DNA of 64,000 nucleotides from Eledone cirrhosa (Eukaryota): NCBI GenBank assembly GCA_964016885.1, contig OZ024755.1, positions 38,440,001 to 38,504,000 of the forward strand, read 5' to 3'. Shown piece by piece: positions 28,701 to 41,799 of this stretch (position 1 is its first letter; each line of letters starts with the position of its first letter). The notes under the pieces were generated by a model. It saw only the letters and a program-made list of their open reading frames with translations, ran no database searches and was not told where the DNA came from. The position numbers and the translations under genes were made by a program.

Positions 28701-31315
28701 TCAGTACAGCTACACCACTGACATGACCACAGACCAAGTGTGGTCAGTACAGCTACACCACTGACTTGACCACAGACCAAGTGTGGTCAGTACAGCTACA
28801 CCACTGACATGACCACAATTGGTCAAGTGTGGTCAGTACAGCTACACCACTGACATGACCACAGACCAAGTGTGGTCAGTACAGCTACACCACTGACATG
28901 ACCACAATTGGTCAAGTGTGGTCAGTACAGCTACACCACTGACATGACCACAGACCAAGTGTGGTCAGTACAGCTACACCACTGACTTGACCACAGACCA
29001 AGTGTGGTCAGTACAGCTACACCACTGACATGACCACAATTGGTCAAGTGTGGTCAGTACAGCTACACCACTGACATGACCACAATTGGTCAAGTGTGGT
29101 CAGTACAGCTACACCACTGACATGACCACAATTGGTCAAGTGTGGTCAGTACAGCTACACCACTGACATGACCACAGACCAAGTGTGGTCAGTACAGCTA
29201 CACCACTGACTTGACCACAGACCAAGTGTGGTCAGTACAGCTACACCACTGACATGACCACAATTGGTCAAGTGTGGTCAGTACAGCTACACCACTGACA
29301 TGACCACAATTGGTCAAGTGTGGTCAGTACAGCTACACCACTGACATGACCACAATTGGTCAAGTGTGGTCAGTACAGCTACACCACTGACATGGCCACA
29401 GACCAAGTGTGGTCAGTACAGCTACACCACTGACTTGACCACAGACCAAGTGTGGTCAGTACAGCTACACCACTGACATGACCACAATTGGTCAAGTGTG
29501 GTCAGTACAGCTACACCACTGACATGACCACAGACCAAGTGTGGTCAGTACAGCTACACCACTGACTTGACCACAGACCAAGTGTGGTCAGTACAGCTAC
29601 ACCACTGACATGACCACAATTGGTCAAGTGTGGTCAGTACAGCTACACCACTGACATGACCACAATTGGTCAAGTGTGGTCAGTACAGCTACACCACTGA
29701 CATGACCACAATTGGTCAAGTGTGGTCAGTACAGCTACACCACTGACATGACCACAGACCAAGTGTGGTCAGTACAGCTACACCACTGACTTGACCACAG
29801 ACCAAGTGTGGTCAGTACAGCTACACCACTGACATGACCACAATTGGTCAAGTGTGGTCAGTACAGCTACACCACTGACATGACCACAATTGGTCAAGTG
29901 TGGTCAGTACAGCTACACCACTGACATGACCACAATTGGTCAAGTGTGGTCAGTACAGCTACACCACTGATATGGCCACAGACCAAGTGTGGTCAGTACA
30001 GCTACACCACTGACTTGACCACAGACCAAGTGTGGTCAGTACAGCTACACCACTGACATGACCACAATTGGTCAAGTGTGGTCAGTACAGCTACACCACT
30101 GACATGACCACAGACCAAGTGTGGTCAGTACAGCTACACCACTGACTTGACCACAGACCAAGTGTGGTCAGTACAGCTACACCACTGACATGACCACAAT
30201 TGGTCAAGTGTGGTCAGTACAGCTACACCACTGACATGACCACAGACCAAGTGTGGTCAGTACAGCTACACCACTGACTTGACCACAGACCAAGTGTGGT
30301 CAGTACAGCTACACCACTGACATGACCACAATTGGTCAAGTGTGGTCAGTACAGCTACACCACTGACATGACCACAGACCAAGTGTGGTCAGTACAGCTA
30401 CACCACTGACATGACCACAATTGGTCAAGTGTGGTCAGTACAGCTACACCACTGACATGACCACAATTGGCCCAGTGTGGTCAGTACAGCTACACCACTG
30501 ACATGACCACAGACCAAGTGTGGTCAGTACAGCTACACCACTGACATGACCACAATTGGTCAAGTGTGGTCAGTACAGCTACACCACTGACATGACCACA
30601 ATTGGTCAAGTGTGGTCAGTACAGCTACACCACTGACATGACCACAATTGGTCAAGTGTGGTCAGTACAGCTACACCACTGACATGACCACAGACCAAGT
30701 GTGGTCAGTACAGCTACACCACTGACTTGACCACAGACCAAGTGTGGTCAGTACAGCTACACCACTGACATGACCACAATTGGTCAAGTGGGGTCAGTAC
30801 AGCTACACCACTGACATGACCACAGACCAAGTGTGGTCAGTACAGCTACACCACTGACATGACCACAGACCAAGTGTGGTCAGTACAGCTACACCACTGA
30901 CATGACCACAATTGGTCAAGTGGGGTCAGTACAGCTACACCACTGACATGACCACAGACCAAGTATGGTCAGTACAGCTACGCCTCTGACATGACCACAA
31001 TTGGCCCAGTGTGGTCAGTACAGCTACACCACTGACATGACCACAATTGGTCAAGTGGGGTCAGTACAGCTACACCTCTGACATGACCACAATTGGGCCA
31101 GTGTGGTCAGTACAGCTACACCACTGACATGACCACAATTGGTCAAGTGGGGTCAGTACAGCTACACCACTGACATGACTACAATTGGCCCAGTGTGGTC
31201 AGTACAGCTACACCTCTGACATTACCACAATTGGCCCAGTGTTGTCAGTACGGCTACACCACTGACATGACCACAGACCCAGTGTGGTCAGTACAGCTAC
31301 ATCCCTGACATGACT
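25770..31315. repeat. 5.5-kb satellite of 46/43-bp units with internal inverted repeats
   Basis: GACCACAATTGGTCAAGTGTGGTCAGTACAGCTACACCACTGACAT (46 bp) and GACCACAGACCAAGTGTGG... (43 bp); begins just after a SINE head at 25600-25735. Confidence 0.95.
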
Positions 31316-31720
31316 AAAACCCAAACAGAAAAACGTGGAGGTCAATCAAAGTGGTGTTCCTGGTAGCAGTTAAAAGGCCCTGGATTGAATACAGCATAAA
31401 ACACAACACAACATATTTCACGACATACAGTTTCATTTCACAATTCTTTCAATTTTTTAGAAGCCATTGCAACACCTGAAACATTTAAATCTTGAATGCA
31501 GGAAACATTTGTTCTAAATCCTAAGTTGGTAGACACAAACAACACAGATGAAAATAGACAAAACATAGTTTATAGTTGAAAAAAAAAAGGTAATAATGAT
31601 TTTGCATTACATGTTGGTACATATTTCCTTTATTTTTCCATACAACAAAATTGGTGATATTTTCATGTGAATGATGTATATTTTTAGAAAATCGGTATTC
31701 GTTTGAAGGAAATTTGACAA

Positions 31721-32071
31721 TTATTTACCAACACTTTTAAGTTTATTGTTCCACTTATTAGAGATGGACTTGTCAAGTAGATGTTTCATTTTTTCTGAGA
31801 GGAGCAAATAATCGCTATTATAAGCAATACCATCACGTTTTCTCAACATATTTTGTTGCTTCCGGAGTTTAATGAGCATCAACATTTCCTGGATACGAGA
31901 AACATCTTCAAAATCATTTGGGCTGATGTTTGGTATATCGTTTATGTTTCTTACTTGATATTGGTCTATTTCCAGTGGAACACGTTGCATGTTATTCATT
32001 TGGTGTATCAGAGCACTCTGGCTATGAAGTACAACACAGCACAACACAATCAGTATTGGAATCAAATTCAT
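31721..32071 (-). CDS. Secreted prepro-neuropeptide, 116 aa, ELH/CRF/DH44-like, predicted 35-aa amidated product
   Basis: Signal peptide MNLIPILIVLCCVVLHSQS; RKR convertase site; DGIAYNSDYLLLSEKMKHLLDKSISNKWNNKLKSV followed by GK-stop (amidation signal); splice acceptor ttctttgtcatatttcag 4 nt before the ATG; AATAAA at 31634-31629. Confidence 0.85.
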   Translation of the reverse strand: MNLIPILIVLCCVVLHSQSALIHQMNNMQRVPLEIDQYQVRNINDIPNISPNDFEDVSRIQEMLMLIKLRKQQNMLRKRDGIAYNSDYLLLSEKMKHLLDKSISNKWNNKLKSVGK

Positions 32072-32882
32072 CCTTCTGAAATATGACAAAGAAACAAACA
32101 GAAGTTTAATTAAAATAGATGTAAAATGTATAAAAAGCTAGCCTCTAATTCAAATGTTTATAAACTCTTTACTTGAAAAAAAAAAAACTCCTGCCAAATC
32201 AATGGGTGGCAGTGGTTCCAGCTACACACATCGAAAGACTGGTGTAGTGGTTCTGAGAACAACGCGACTTTACAGATGATCAATGCAAATTGACAATGGA
32301 AAGGTACTCCTGCTCGAGTTAGAAGAGAACTATTGACCTTAAGGAGGAGCAGTGACCTCTGATTGTATTCAGCAACTGAAACAAATATGAAGTACTCCAA
32401 ATCCAATGCTACTAGGGTCGGCCCTGGTTCTTCTTATTGTGTAAACTCGGCCAGACTAGATTAGAATAGATTATTTTTTAACAGAATTTTGTAAAGATTT
32501 TTTAGTGTCAGACTTTGTTAATATTTATTGGGCTGCAGTCATTTATACTAAGTTATGTATAAATGGCTCTTAATTAATTACACAATAGTTAAAACAACTG
32601 GTGCACTAAAAAAATCTGATGTAAAGAAAGTATTCAATGTTAGTAACATATTACCATAGATTCATCTTAAAATGTCTCCATAAACAAAACATTCTCATCA
32701 GATATTAATTCATAAATGACATCACCAATACGCTTCACTTTTAAAAAGTAAAATGGCAACTAAATATCCAGGGAAAATATCCAAGGAAAAATACAACCCC
32801 ATCCACCGAAGAAACCCCCACCCCAAAAACCCAGCACATACTTAAATTTTAAAAAAAGATACCTAGGAAGTTATTTCCCTTC

Positions 32883-33375
32883 CGTGAGTTTTATATCAAA
32901 TAATAGTTTCATTTATTGGCCACAAGGGCCGAGTTTTATATCAAATAATAATAATTGTTTCTACTTTAGGCACAAGGCCAGCAATTACCCAGTGCATTAC
33001 TGGTACTTTATTTTATCGACCCCGTAAGGATAAAAAGGCAAAGTCAACCTCGGCGGGATTTGAACTCAGATCGTAAATAATAATAATGGTTTCTAATTTA
33101 GTCAATAGGCCAGCAATTTTGCGACCCCGTAAGGATGAAAAGGCAAAGCTAATCTTGAACTCAGACCATAAAGAACATAAAGAACCATATTGAATAATAA
33201 TGTTTGATTCGTCTGCAAGCAAACAGCTTCTTTATGCTGTGTTATAGTTGACCATCACCATCCTTTTGTTCTGTGACACAGAGAAACAACAGACTAGAGT
33301 TTCTCTCTGTAGCATAATGAGGCTGTTTGCTTGCAAATGAATCAAATATTATCATTATTTGATATAAAACTCACG
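32883..33375. mobile_element. MITE with ~65-bp TIRs, interrupted by SINE fragments
   Basis: CGTGAGTTTTATATCAAATAAT...(TTTGATTC..GCAAGCAAACAGC) mirrors GCTGTTTGCTTGC..GAATCAAA..ATTATTTGATATAAAACTCACG. Confidence 0.6.
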
Positions 33376-33549
33376 AATACATTAAAGTATCCACCATGTT
33401 AGAGTGAAAAATAAAATTTTAATTTTATTTCTCTTCCATTAGAGAGTTTATTGTTTATATTTAACACTTTTAAACAAAGGAAGTTAAAAAACAGTTTGGA
33501 TTCAAATTTACACATGGGAAGAGTTAATATCGAGAAATACATGAGGGAA

Positions 33550-33848
33550 TCATAGTGATATCATGGTGATATCATGGTAATATCATAGTGATATCATGGT
33601 GATATCATAGTGATATCATGGTAACATCATAGTGATATCATGGTAACATCATAGTGATACTGTGATATCATAGTGACATCATGGTGATATGTTAATAAAA
33701 AGGTAATATCATGGTGATATAGTGATATCATGGTGATATCGTGGTGTTATAATAGTGACATCATGGTCATATCATGGTGATATAATAATATCATGGTGGT
33801 ATCATGGTGATATTGTGGTGATAACATGGGGATATCATCGTGATATCA
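33550..33848. repeat. 11-bp minisatellite built on palindromic TGATATCA
   Basis: (GTGATATCATG/ATA) repeats. Confidence 0.85.
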
Positions 33849-34124
33849 CAGAAAGGAAGCTAATAATGATTTCTGATTTAGGCACAAGGCCAAGAATTTT
33901 GAGGGAGGGAAAAGTCAATAAAATTGACCCGAGTACTTTATTTTATCGAACCCGTAAGGATGAAAGGCAAAGTTAACCTCGATGGGATTTGAACTCAGAA
34001 TGTAAAGGGTTGTAACGCATGTTGTCTGGTGCTCTGCTGATTACCGCCAATCCAAATACAATTTCTATTTATAGGATTTTATCGTAGGAAAAGGTTTTAC
34101 TTGTATATTTTATTCAGTTAATAA

Positions 34125-34598
34125 TGGTACAAATATATTCTTTTTAAATATATCCTCTTTTACAAATATAACCTTCTTACAAATATATCCTTTTTATATA
34201 TAACCTCTTTACAAATATATCCTTTTAAAATATAACCTTTTTTACAAATATATCCATTTTACAAATATAAACTTTTTACAAATATATCCTTTTTATATAT
34301 ATCCTCTTTTATAAATATATCCTTTTTACAAATATATCCTTTTTATATGTAACCTTTTTACAAATATATCCTTTTTATATATATCCTTTTTACAAATATG
34401 TCCTTTTTATAGGACATATTTGTAAAAAGGATATATATAGAAAGGACATATTTGTAAAAAGGTTATATATAAAAAGGATATATTTATATCCTTTTTATAT
34501 ATAACCTTTTTACAAATATATCCTTTTTATATATATCCTTTTTACAAATATGTCCTTTTTACAAATATATCTTTTTAGATATAACCTTTTTTACAAAT
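34125..34598. repeat. AT-rich minisatellite (TTTTACAAATATATCC) with an internal inverted block at ~34410-34485
   Basis: Visible tandem units and a local strand flip. Confidence 0.8.
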
Positions 34599-35744
34599 AC
34601 TAGCAGAAAAACCACCCTAAGGGTGGTTTCCTGCTAGCATGTGTAGTGTGCATATTGATATTATACACAAATATATATACATGTAGATATGATACATCAA
34701 ATAAAATCATAATTAACAATATACACAGAAATTGAACGAAGACTGTGTTACACTGCCTTATGTAATCAGTAACGTAATCCATGATACATTAAAAAAAGAC
34801 GATATTATATATAAACTGCATTAGGAGAAAATTAGCGACGGAAATATATGAATGTTTATTTAAGCGATCGCTAACCGGAAGTGTTGACATTTGAAAATTT
34901 TAAAGAAGTGAATCCTTAAATAAGCAATAAAATATATTTAATCATGTGTTATGAAATTTAGTAGATAAATTATGTAATATTCATTCATTATTTATTCAAA
35001 GTAGAGGGCGGGATTCGCAGTATCGGTAGAGGATCGGGTGCCATGCTTTGAAGCATAGAGTTACCTCCCTTTATGATCTGAGTTCAAATCCCACCGAGGT
35101 TAACTTTGCCTTTCATCCTTACGGGGTCGATAAAATAAAGTACCAGTAATGCACTGGGATAATTGCTGGCCTTGTGGCAAAAGTAGAAACAATTATTTAT
35201 TCAAAGTAATCCAACTTACGGGGCAAAAAAAAAATATATTCTGGACACAGTCCCACACTCCTTTCTTTATTATAGTTTAGATATCCTTTTTAACAAAAAG
35301 CACCCAGTAAATGAGGTTGGTGTTAGGAAGGGCCTCCAGCTGTAGAAACCAAGCCAGAATCAGTCCTGTAAGAGCAAGACATGATCACCAGACCTAACAT
35401 TGCCCACAACAGGACAACCCGTCTAACCTATGCTAGCGTGGAAGAATGGATGTAAAATGGTGATGATGATGATGATATCTGTTTAACAAATATATCTTTC
35501 TTTATAAATATATCCTTTTAATGAGTCCCTCAGATATAGATATTTGAGAAACAATCAAATGTAGGTTAGTGTTTCTGTAAGAACAAGGAGACATTGTTTA
35601 GCTAAGGAAGACATTCACTAAGGACATTGTTGAGCTAAACATTCTTTGTTGCACATATTGTTAATATATAAATATAATACATAATATATACTGGGACTTA
35701 GTCGACTTCTTTTTCATGCTGCTGGTCACCATCAACATCTCCAA

Positions 35745-36310
35745 TGTCCTCGCTCTCCATCAAGATCTCCAGTGTCATTGGTCCCTGTTGAGATCTCCAG
35801 TGTCCTTAGTCACCATCAAGATCTCCAGTGTCATTGGTCCCCATCAAGATCTCCAGTGCCCTCAGTCACTATCAAGATCTCCAGTGTCCTCAGTCCCCAT
35901 CAAGATCTCCAGTGTCCTAGTCATCACCAAGATCTCCAGTATCCTCAATCACCATCAAGATCTCCGGTGTCTTCAGTCCCCATCAAGATCTCCAGTGTCC
36001 TCAGTCCCCATCAAGATCTCCAGTGTCCTCAGTCCCCATCAAGATCTCCAGTGCCCTCAGTCCCCATCAAGATCTCCAGTATCCTCAGTCACCATCAAGA
36101 TCTCCAGTGCCCTCAGTCCCCATCAAGATCTCCAGTATCCTCAGTCACCATCAAGATCTCCAGTGCCCTCAGTCCCCATCAAGATCTCCAGTGTCCTCAG
36201 TCCACATCAAGATCTCCAGTATCCTCAGTCCCCATCAAGATCTCCAGTGTCCTCAGTCACCATCAAGATCTCCAGTGTCATTAGTTCCTTGGTCACCATT
36301 GAGATCTTCA
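35745..36310. repeat. 28-bp minisatellite (CTCAGTCCCCATCAAGATCTCCAGTGTC)
   Basis: Tandem array, followed by a LINE-like remnant 'FKCGKASGEDEFKAKMLE' (cf. GKAPGxDxIxAEML) and a ~30-bp array at 36418-36720. Confidence 0.9.
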
Positions 36311-37640
36311 GTGTCCTCCGGTATGAAGCAGAAATCACCAGAAATATCGGAGTATTCAAATGTGGCAAGGCCTCTGGAGAGGATGAATTTAAGGCCAAGA
36401 TGTTAGAAGTCTTAAATATATCTCTCACCCCATTGATGGATATTTGATATCTCACCCCATTGGTGGATGTGATATCTTCCACCCCTTTGATGGATATTTG
36501 ATATCTCTCAACCCATTGATGGATATTTGATATCTCACCCCATTGATGATATCTGATATATCTCTCTCAACCCATTGATGGATATTTGATATCTCTCCCA
36601 CCCCATTGAAGGATATTTGATATCTCTCACCCCATTGATGGATATATAATATAGCTCAGACCATTGATGGATATGTGATATCTCTCACCCCATTGATGGA
36701 TATATGATATATCTCTCACAATTAATTAATTTATAATTCACTCAGTTTTCACCTAGACACTCATGAGAAATATATAAAGATCTATTATCCTTTTCTATAA
36801 ATCTTAAGAATGTTATTTAGCAAGAATCAATAGTAATAGCCTAATTAAAGATAAGATCTGTGGTTTTACCAAGAGAATTAAACTAAATAAGTAGTTATTT
36901 CATCTAAAAATCGAAACCGAGAAGTATTGTATATCTAATTATTTTTTTACTTGTTACTTATCAGAACAGACAAAATAATTGTTTCTACTTTTGGCATAAG
37001 GCCAGCAATTATCCCAGTGTATTACTGGTACTTTATTTTATTGACCCCATGAGGATGAAAGGCAAAGTTAACCTTGGCGGGATTTGAATTCAGACCATAA
37101 AGGACCGTAACTCGATGCTGCAAAGCATGGCGTCCAACCGTCAACCAACAAAATAATTGTTTCTACTTTAGGCACAAGGCCAGCAATTACCCAGTGCATT
37201 ACTGGTACTTTATTTTATCGACCCCGTAAGGATGAAAGGCAAAGTCAACCTCGGCGGGATTTGAACTCAGATCGTAAAGGGACGTAACTATGCTGGAAAG
37301 CATGGCATCTGACACTCTACTGATACTGCCAATCCACCGCGTCAACCAACAAAATAATATTAAAAATTTAGCACAACTGAAGGGGTTTTGCAGATAATAT
37401 ATTATTAATAGGGATTAGTTTTGAAGGTGATGACTTGATAGTATAAAATGATTTTAATAACCAACATCATTTGTGCTGTACAAAGCCTCAATAAATATTT
37501 GAAGAAAATGAAAGAATGAATTGTTTGCTGTCCAGAGGTTGCCAAGAAACAGATAGTTTTATTATAGTGTCCTTTCAATCTGAATGTTATCAAACATACA
37601 GAGAGACTCAACACATTTACCTATGTTTTAAATGGATTAA

Positions 37641-38267
37641 CCCTTTACCATTTAAACTGGCCACATCTGGCCAGAATTCTCTTTCCTCTTCCTATTCAAA
37701 CTGGTCATACTCGGCTACTCATACTTATGTTAAGGTATTGTTCTCAAAATAGATAATATCAAAATCTTGTAGATTTGATATTATATGAGATAAGCCTTTA
37801 CCATGGAAATATAATAGTAAATATAGAGTAATGTAAATGCTAAAGGGTTAAATATTTTAACCCTTTAGCATTTAAACCAGCCACATCTGGCCAGAATTCT
37901 CTCTCTTTTTTCTATTTAAACCGGCCATACTCGGCTACTCATACTTATGTTAAGGTATTGTTCTCAAAATAGATAATATCAAAATCTCATAGATTCAATA
38001 TAATTGTTTCTACTCTTGGCACAAGGCCAGCAATTACCCAGTGCATTACTGGTACTTTATTTTATCAACCCTGTAAGGATGAAAGGCAAAGTTAACCTCG
38101 GCGGGATTTGAACTCAGAATGGCAAGGACCGGAACTCTATGCGTCAAAGCATGGCGTCCGACCCTCTACCGATACTGCCATTCCACCAATGTGAGATAAT
38201 TATGTGAGGTTAAGCCTTTACCATGGAAATATAATAGTATATATAGAGTAATGTAAATGGTAAAGGG
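37641..38267. mobile_element. Two tandem piggyBac-type MITEs (37641-37847 and 37861-38267, the second with a SINE insertion)
   Basis: TTAA|CCCTTTA(C/G)CATTT...AAATG(C/G)TAAAGGG|TTAA; third, inverted copy at ~39634-39855. Confidence 0.8.
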
Positions 38268-38351
38268 TTAAAAGAAGTAAATATTATATTTTGAAGATGG
38301 TGTTGAAAGATGCAGAGATTATTAGTATTATTGTTATTATGAGAGAACTAG

Positions 38352-39298
38352 CAGATCTGTGAAACCCCCTCCTTTACACCTCCACACATCTGTGAAACCC
38401 CCTCCTTACACCTCCATACATCTGTGAAACCCCCTCCTTACACCTCCACAGATCTGTGAAACCCCCTCCACACACCTCCACAGATCTGTGAAACCCCCTC
38501 CACACACCTCCACAGATCTGTGAAACCCCCTCCACACATCTCCACATATCTGTGAAACCCCCTCCACACACCTCCACACATCTGTGAAACCCCCTAACAC
38601 ACCTCCACATATCTGTGAAACCCCCTCCTCACACCTCCACACACCTGTGAAACCCCCTCCACACACCTCCACATATCTGTGAAACCCCCTCCTTACACCT
38701 CCACACATCTGTGAAACCCCCTCCTTACACCTCCACACATCTATGAAACCCCCTCCTTACACCTCCACACATCTGTGAAACCCCCTCCTTACTCCTCCAC
38801 ACATCTGTGAAACCCCCTCCTTACACCTCCACACATCTGTGAAACCCCCTCCACACACCTCCACACATCTGTGAAACCCCCTCCACACACCTCCACACAT
38901 TTGTGAAACCCCCTCCATACACCTCCACCATCTGTGAAACCCCCTCCACACATCTCCACACATCTGTGGAACCCCTCCATACACCTCCAAACATCTGTGA
39001 AACCCCCTCCTTATACCTCCACACATCTGTGAAACCCCCGTCCACACACCTCCATACATCTGTGAAACCCCCTCCACACATCTCCATACATCTGTGAAAC
39101 CCCTCCACACATCTGTGAAACCCCCTCCACACACCTCCATACATCTGTGAAACCCCCTCCACACACCGCCATACATCTGTGAAACCCCCGTCCCTACACC
39201 TCCATACATCTGTGAAACCCCCTCCACACATCTCCATACATCTGTGAAACCCCTCCACACATCTGTGAAACCCCCTCCACACACCTCCATACATCTGT
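38352..39298 (-). repeat. ~32-bp minisatellite, C-rich orientation
   Basis: ACATCTGTGAAACCCCCTCCACACACCTCC units. Confidence 0.95.
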
Positions 39299-39305
39299 GG
39301 TTTTT

Positions 39306-39363
<58 letters not shown>

Positions 39364-39966
39364 AAAAAGTTCAACATACTGATAAGTGAATGGACTAGGA
39401 ACATGGAGAGACAAGAAAATACGGTGAATACATTACATTTCTCAAAAACAAGAGTTCGGCTAAGATAAGGGATCGAACGATGGAAGTGTGGTAAGGAACC
39501 AGATGGACCATAACGCACCAGGGTACTCAATACTTAGGGTAGTAGAGTGGGTAACAGGAAAAAGTTCAAGACCACAATGGTAGAAGTCGTTTCGACGGCT
39601 ATTTCCTATTGACCAACGGTTAAATATGATTAACCCTTTACCATTTACATTACTCTATATATACTATTGTATTTTCCCGGTAAAACTTTACCTCACATAA
39701 TTATCTCACATAATATCGAATCTATGAGATTTTGATATTATTTATTTTGAGAACAATACCTTAACATCAGTATGAAATCGAAGTATGGCTGGTTTGAACA
39801 GAAATAGGTGAGAGAATTCTGGCCAGTTTAAATGCTTAAATATATATTAAAGGATTAAATATACAGTTTCACTAACCATATAATGTTTATCTATTTTAGA
39901 GTTTATTTATTTGTTTGTTTCCTTTATAATTTAAGGAGACACTGGCGTTAGGCTGTAATTACAATA

Positions 39967-41787
39967 TGTGAAGGTGTGTGGAGGGGGTTTCACAGATGTG
40001 TGGAGGGGTTTCACAGATGTATGGAGGTGTGTGGAGGGGGTTTCACAGATGTGTAGAGGTGTGTGGAGGGGGTTTCACAGATGTATGGAGGTGTGTGGAC
40101 GGGGGTTTCACAGATGTATGGAGGTGTGTGGACGGGGGTTTCACAGATGTGTGGAGGGGTTTCACAGATGTATGGAGGTGTGTGGACGGGGTTTCACAGA
40201 TGTGTGGAGGGGTTTCACAGATGTATGGAGGTGTGTGGACGGGGTTTCACAGATGTATGGAGGTGTGTGGAGGGGGTTTCACATATGTATGGAGATGTGT
40301 GGAGGGGTTTCACAGATGTATGGAGGTGTGTGGACGGGGTTTCACAGATGTGTAGAGGGGTTTCACAGATGTATGGAGGTGTGTGGAGGGGGTTTCACAG
40401 ATGTGTGAAGGTGTGTGGAGGGGGTTTCACATATGTATGGAGATGTGTGGAGGGGGTTTCACAGATGTATGGAGGTGTGTGGACGGGGGTTTCACAGATG
40501 TATGGAGGTGTGTGGACGGGGGTTTCACAGATGTGTGGAGGGGTTTCACAGATGTATGGAGGTGTGTGGACGGGGTTTCACAGATGTGTGGAGGGGTTTC
40601 ACAGATGTATGGAGGTGTGTGGAGGGGGTTTCACATATATATGGAGATGTGTGGAGGGGTTTCACAGATGTATGGAGGTGTGTGGACGGGGTTTCACAGA
40701 TGTGTGGAGGGGTTTCACAGATGTATGGAGGTGTGTGGAGGGGGTTTCACAGATGTGTGAAGGTGTGTGGAGGGGGTTTCACATATGTATGGAGATGTGT
40801 GGAGGGGGTTTCACAGATGTATGGAGGTGTGTGGACGGGGGTTTCACAGATGTGTGGAGGGGTTTCACAGATGTATGGAGGTGTGTGGACGGGGTTTCAC
40901 AGATGTGTGGAGGGGTTTCACAGATGTATGGAGGTGTGTGGAGGGGGTTTCACATATGTATGGAGATGTGTGGAGGGGTTTCACAGATGTATGGAGGTGT
41001 GTGGACGGGGTTTCACAGATGTGTGGAGGGGTTTCACAGATGTATGGAGGTGTGTGGACGGGGTTTCACAGATGTGTGGAGGGGTTTCACAGATGTATGG
41101 AGGTGTGTGGAGGGGGTTTCACAGATGTGTGAAGGTGTGTGGAGGGGGTTTCACATATGTATGGAGATGTGTGGAGGGGGTTTCACAGATGTATGGAGGT
41201 GTGTGGACGGGGGTTTCACAGATGTGTGGAGGGGTTTCACAGATGTATGGAGGTGTGTGGACGGGGTTTCACAGATGTGTGGAGGGGTTTCACAGATGTA
41301 TGGAGGTGTGTGGAGGGGGTTTCACAGATGTGTGAAGGTGTGTGGAGGGGGTTTCACATATGTATGGAGATGTGTGGAGGGGGTTTCACAGATGTATGTA
41401 GGTGTGTGGACGGGGGTTTCACAGATGTATGGAGGTGTGTGGAGGGGGTTTCACAGATGTATGGAGGTGTGTGGACGGGGGTTTCACAGATGTGTGGAGG
41501 GGTTTCACAGATGTATGGAGGTGTGTGGACGGGGTTTCACAGATGTGTGGAGGGGTTTCACAGATGTATGGAGGTGTGTGGAGGGGGTTTCACAGATGTG
41601 TGAAGGTGTGTGGAGGGGGTTTCACATATGTATGGAGATGTGTGGAGGGGGTTTCACAGATGTATGTAGGTGTGTGGACGGGGGTTTCACAGATGTATGG
41701 AGGTGTGTGGAGGGGGTTTCACAGATGTATGGAGGTGTGTGGACGGGGGTTTCACAGATGTATGGCGGTGTGTGGAGGGGGTTTCAC
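39967..41787 (+). repeat. Same minisatellite in inverted, G-rich orientation
   Basis: GGAGGTGTGTGGAGGGGGTTTCACAGATGT units. Confidence 0.95.
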
Positions 41788-41799
41788 AACAAAATATAA

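Noticed and set aside
25770-31315. CRISPR-like array of palindromic repeats
   Set aside because: No unique spacers, no cas genes and a eukaryotic context; it is a tandem satellite
31730-31834. PACAP/VIP resemblance (DGI..DY) of the mature peptide
   Set aside because: Lacks the N-terminal His-Ser and FT motif; the ELH/CRF pattern and C-terminus fit better
32072-32089. ORF-track start 'MSYFRR' for the neuropeptide
   Set aside because: Non-ATG start lying in a polypyrimidine splice acceptor; the ATG at 32071 gives a clean signal peptide
35716-36447. Ser/Pro-rich 243-aa ORF
   Set aside because: 28-bp minisatellite read-through into a LINE remnant
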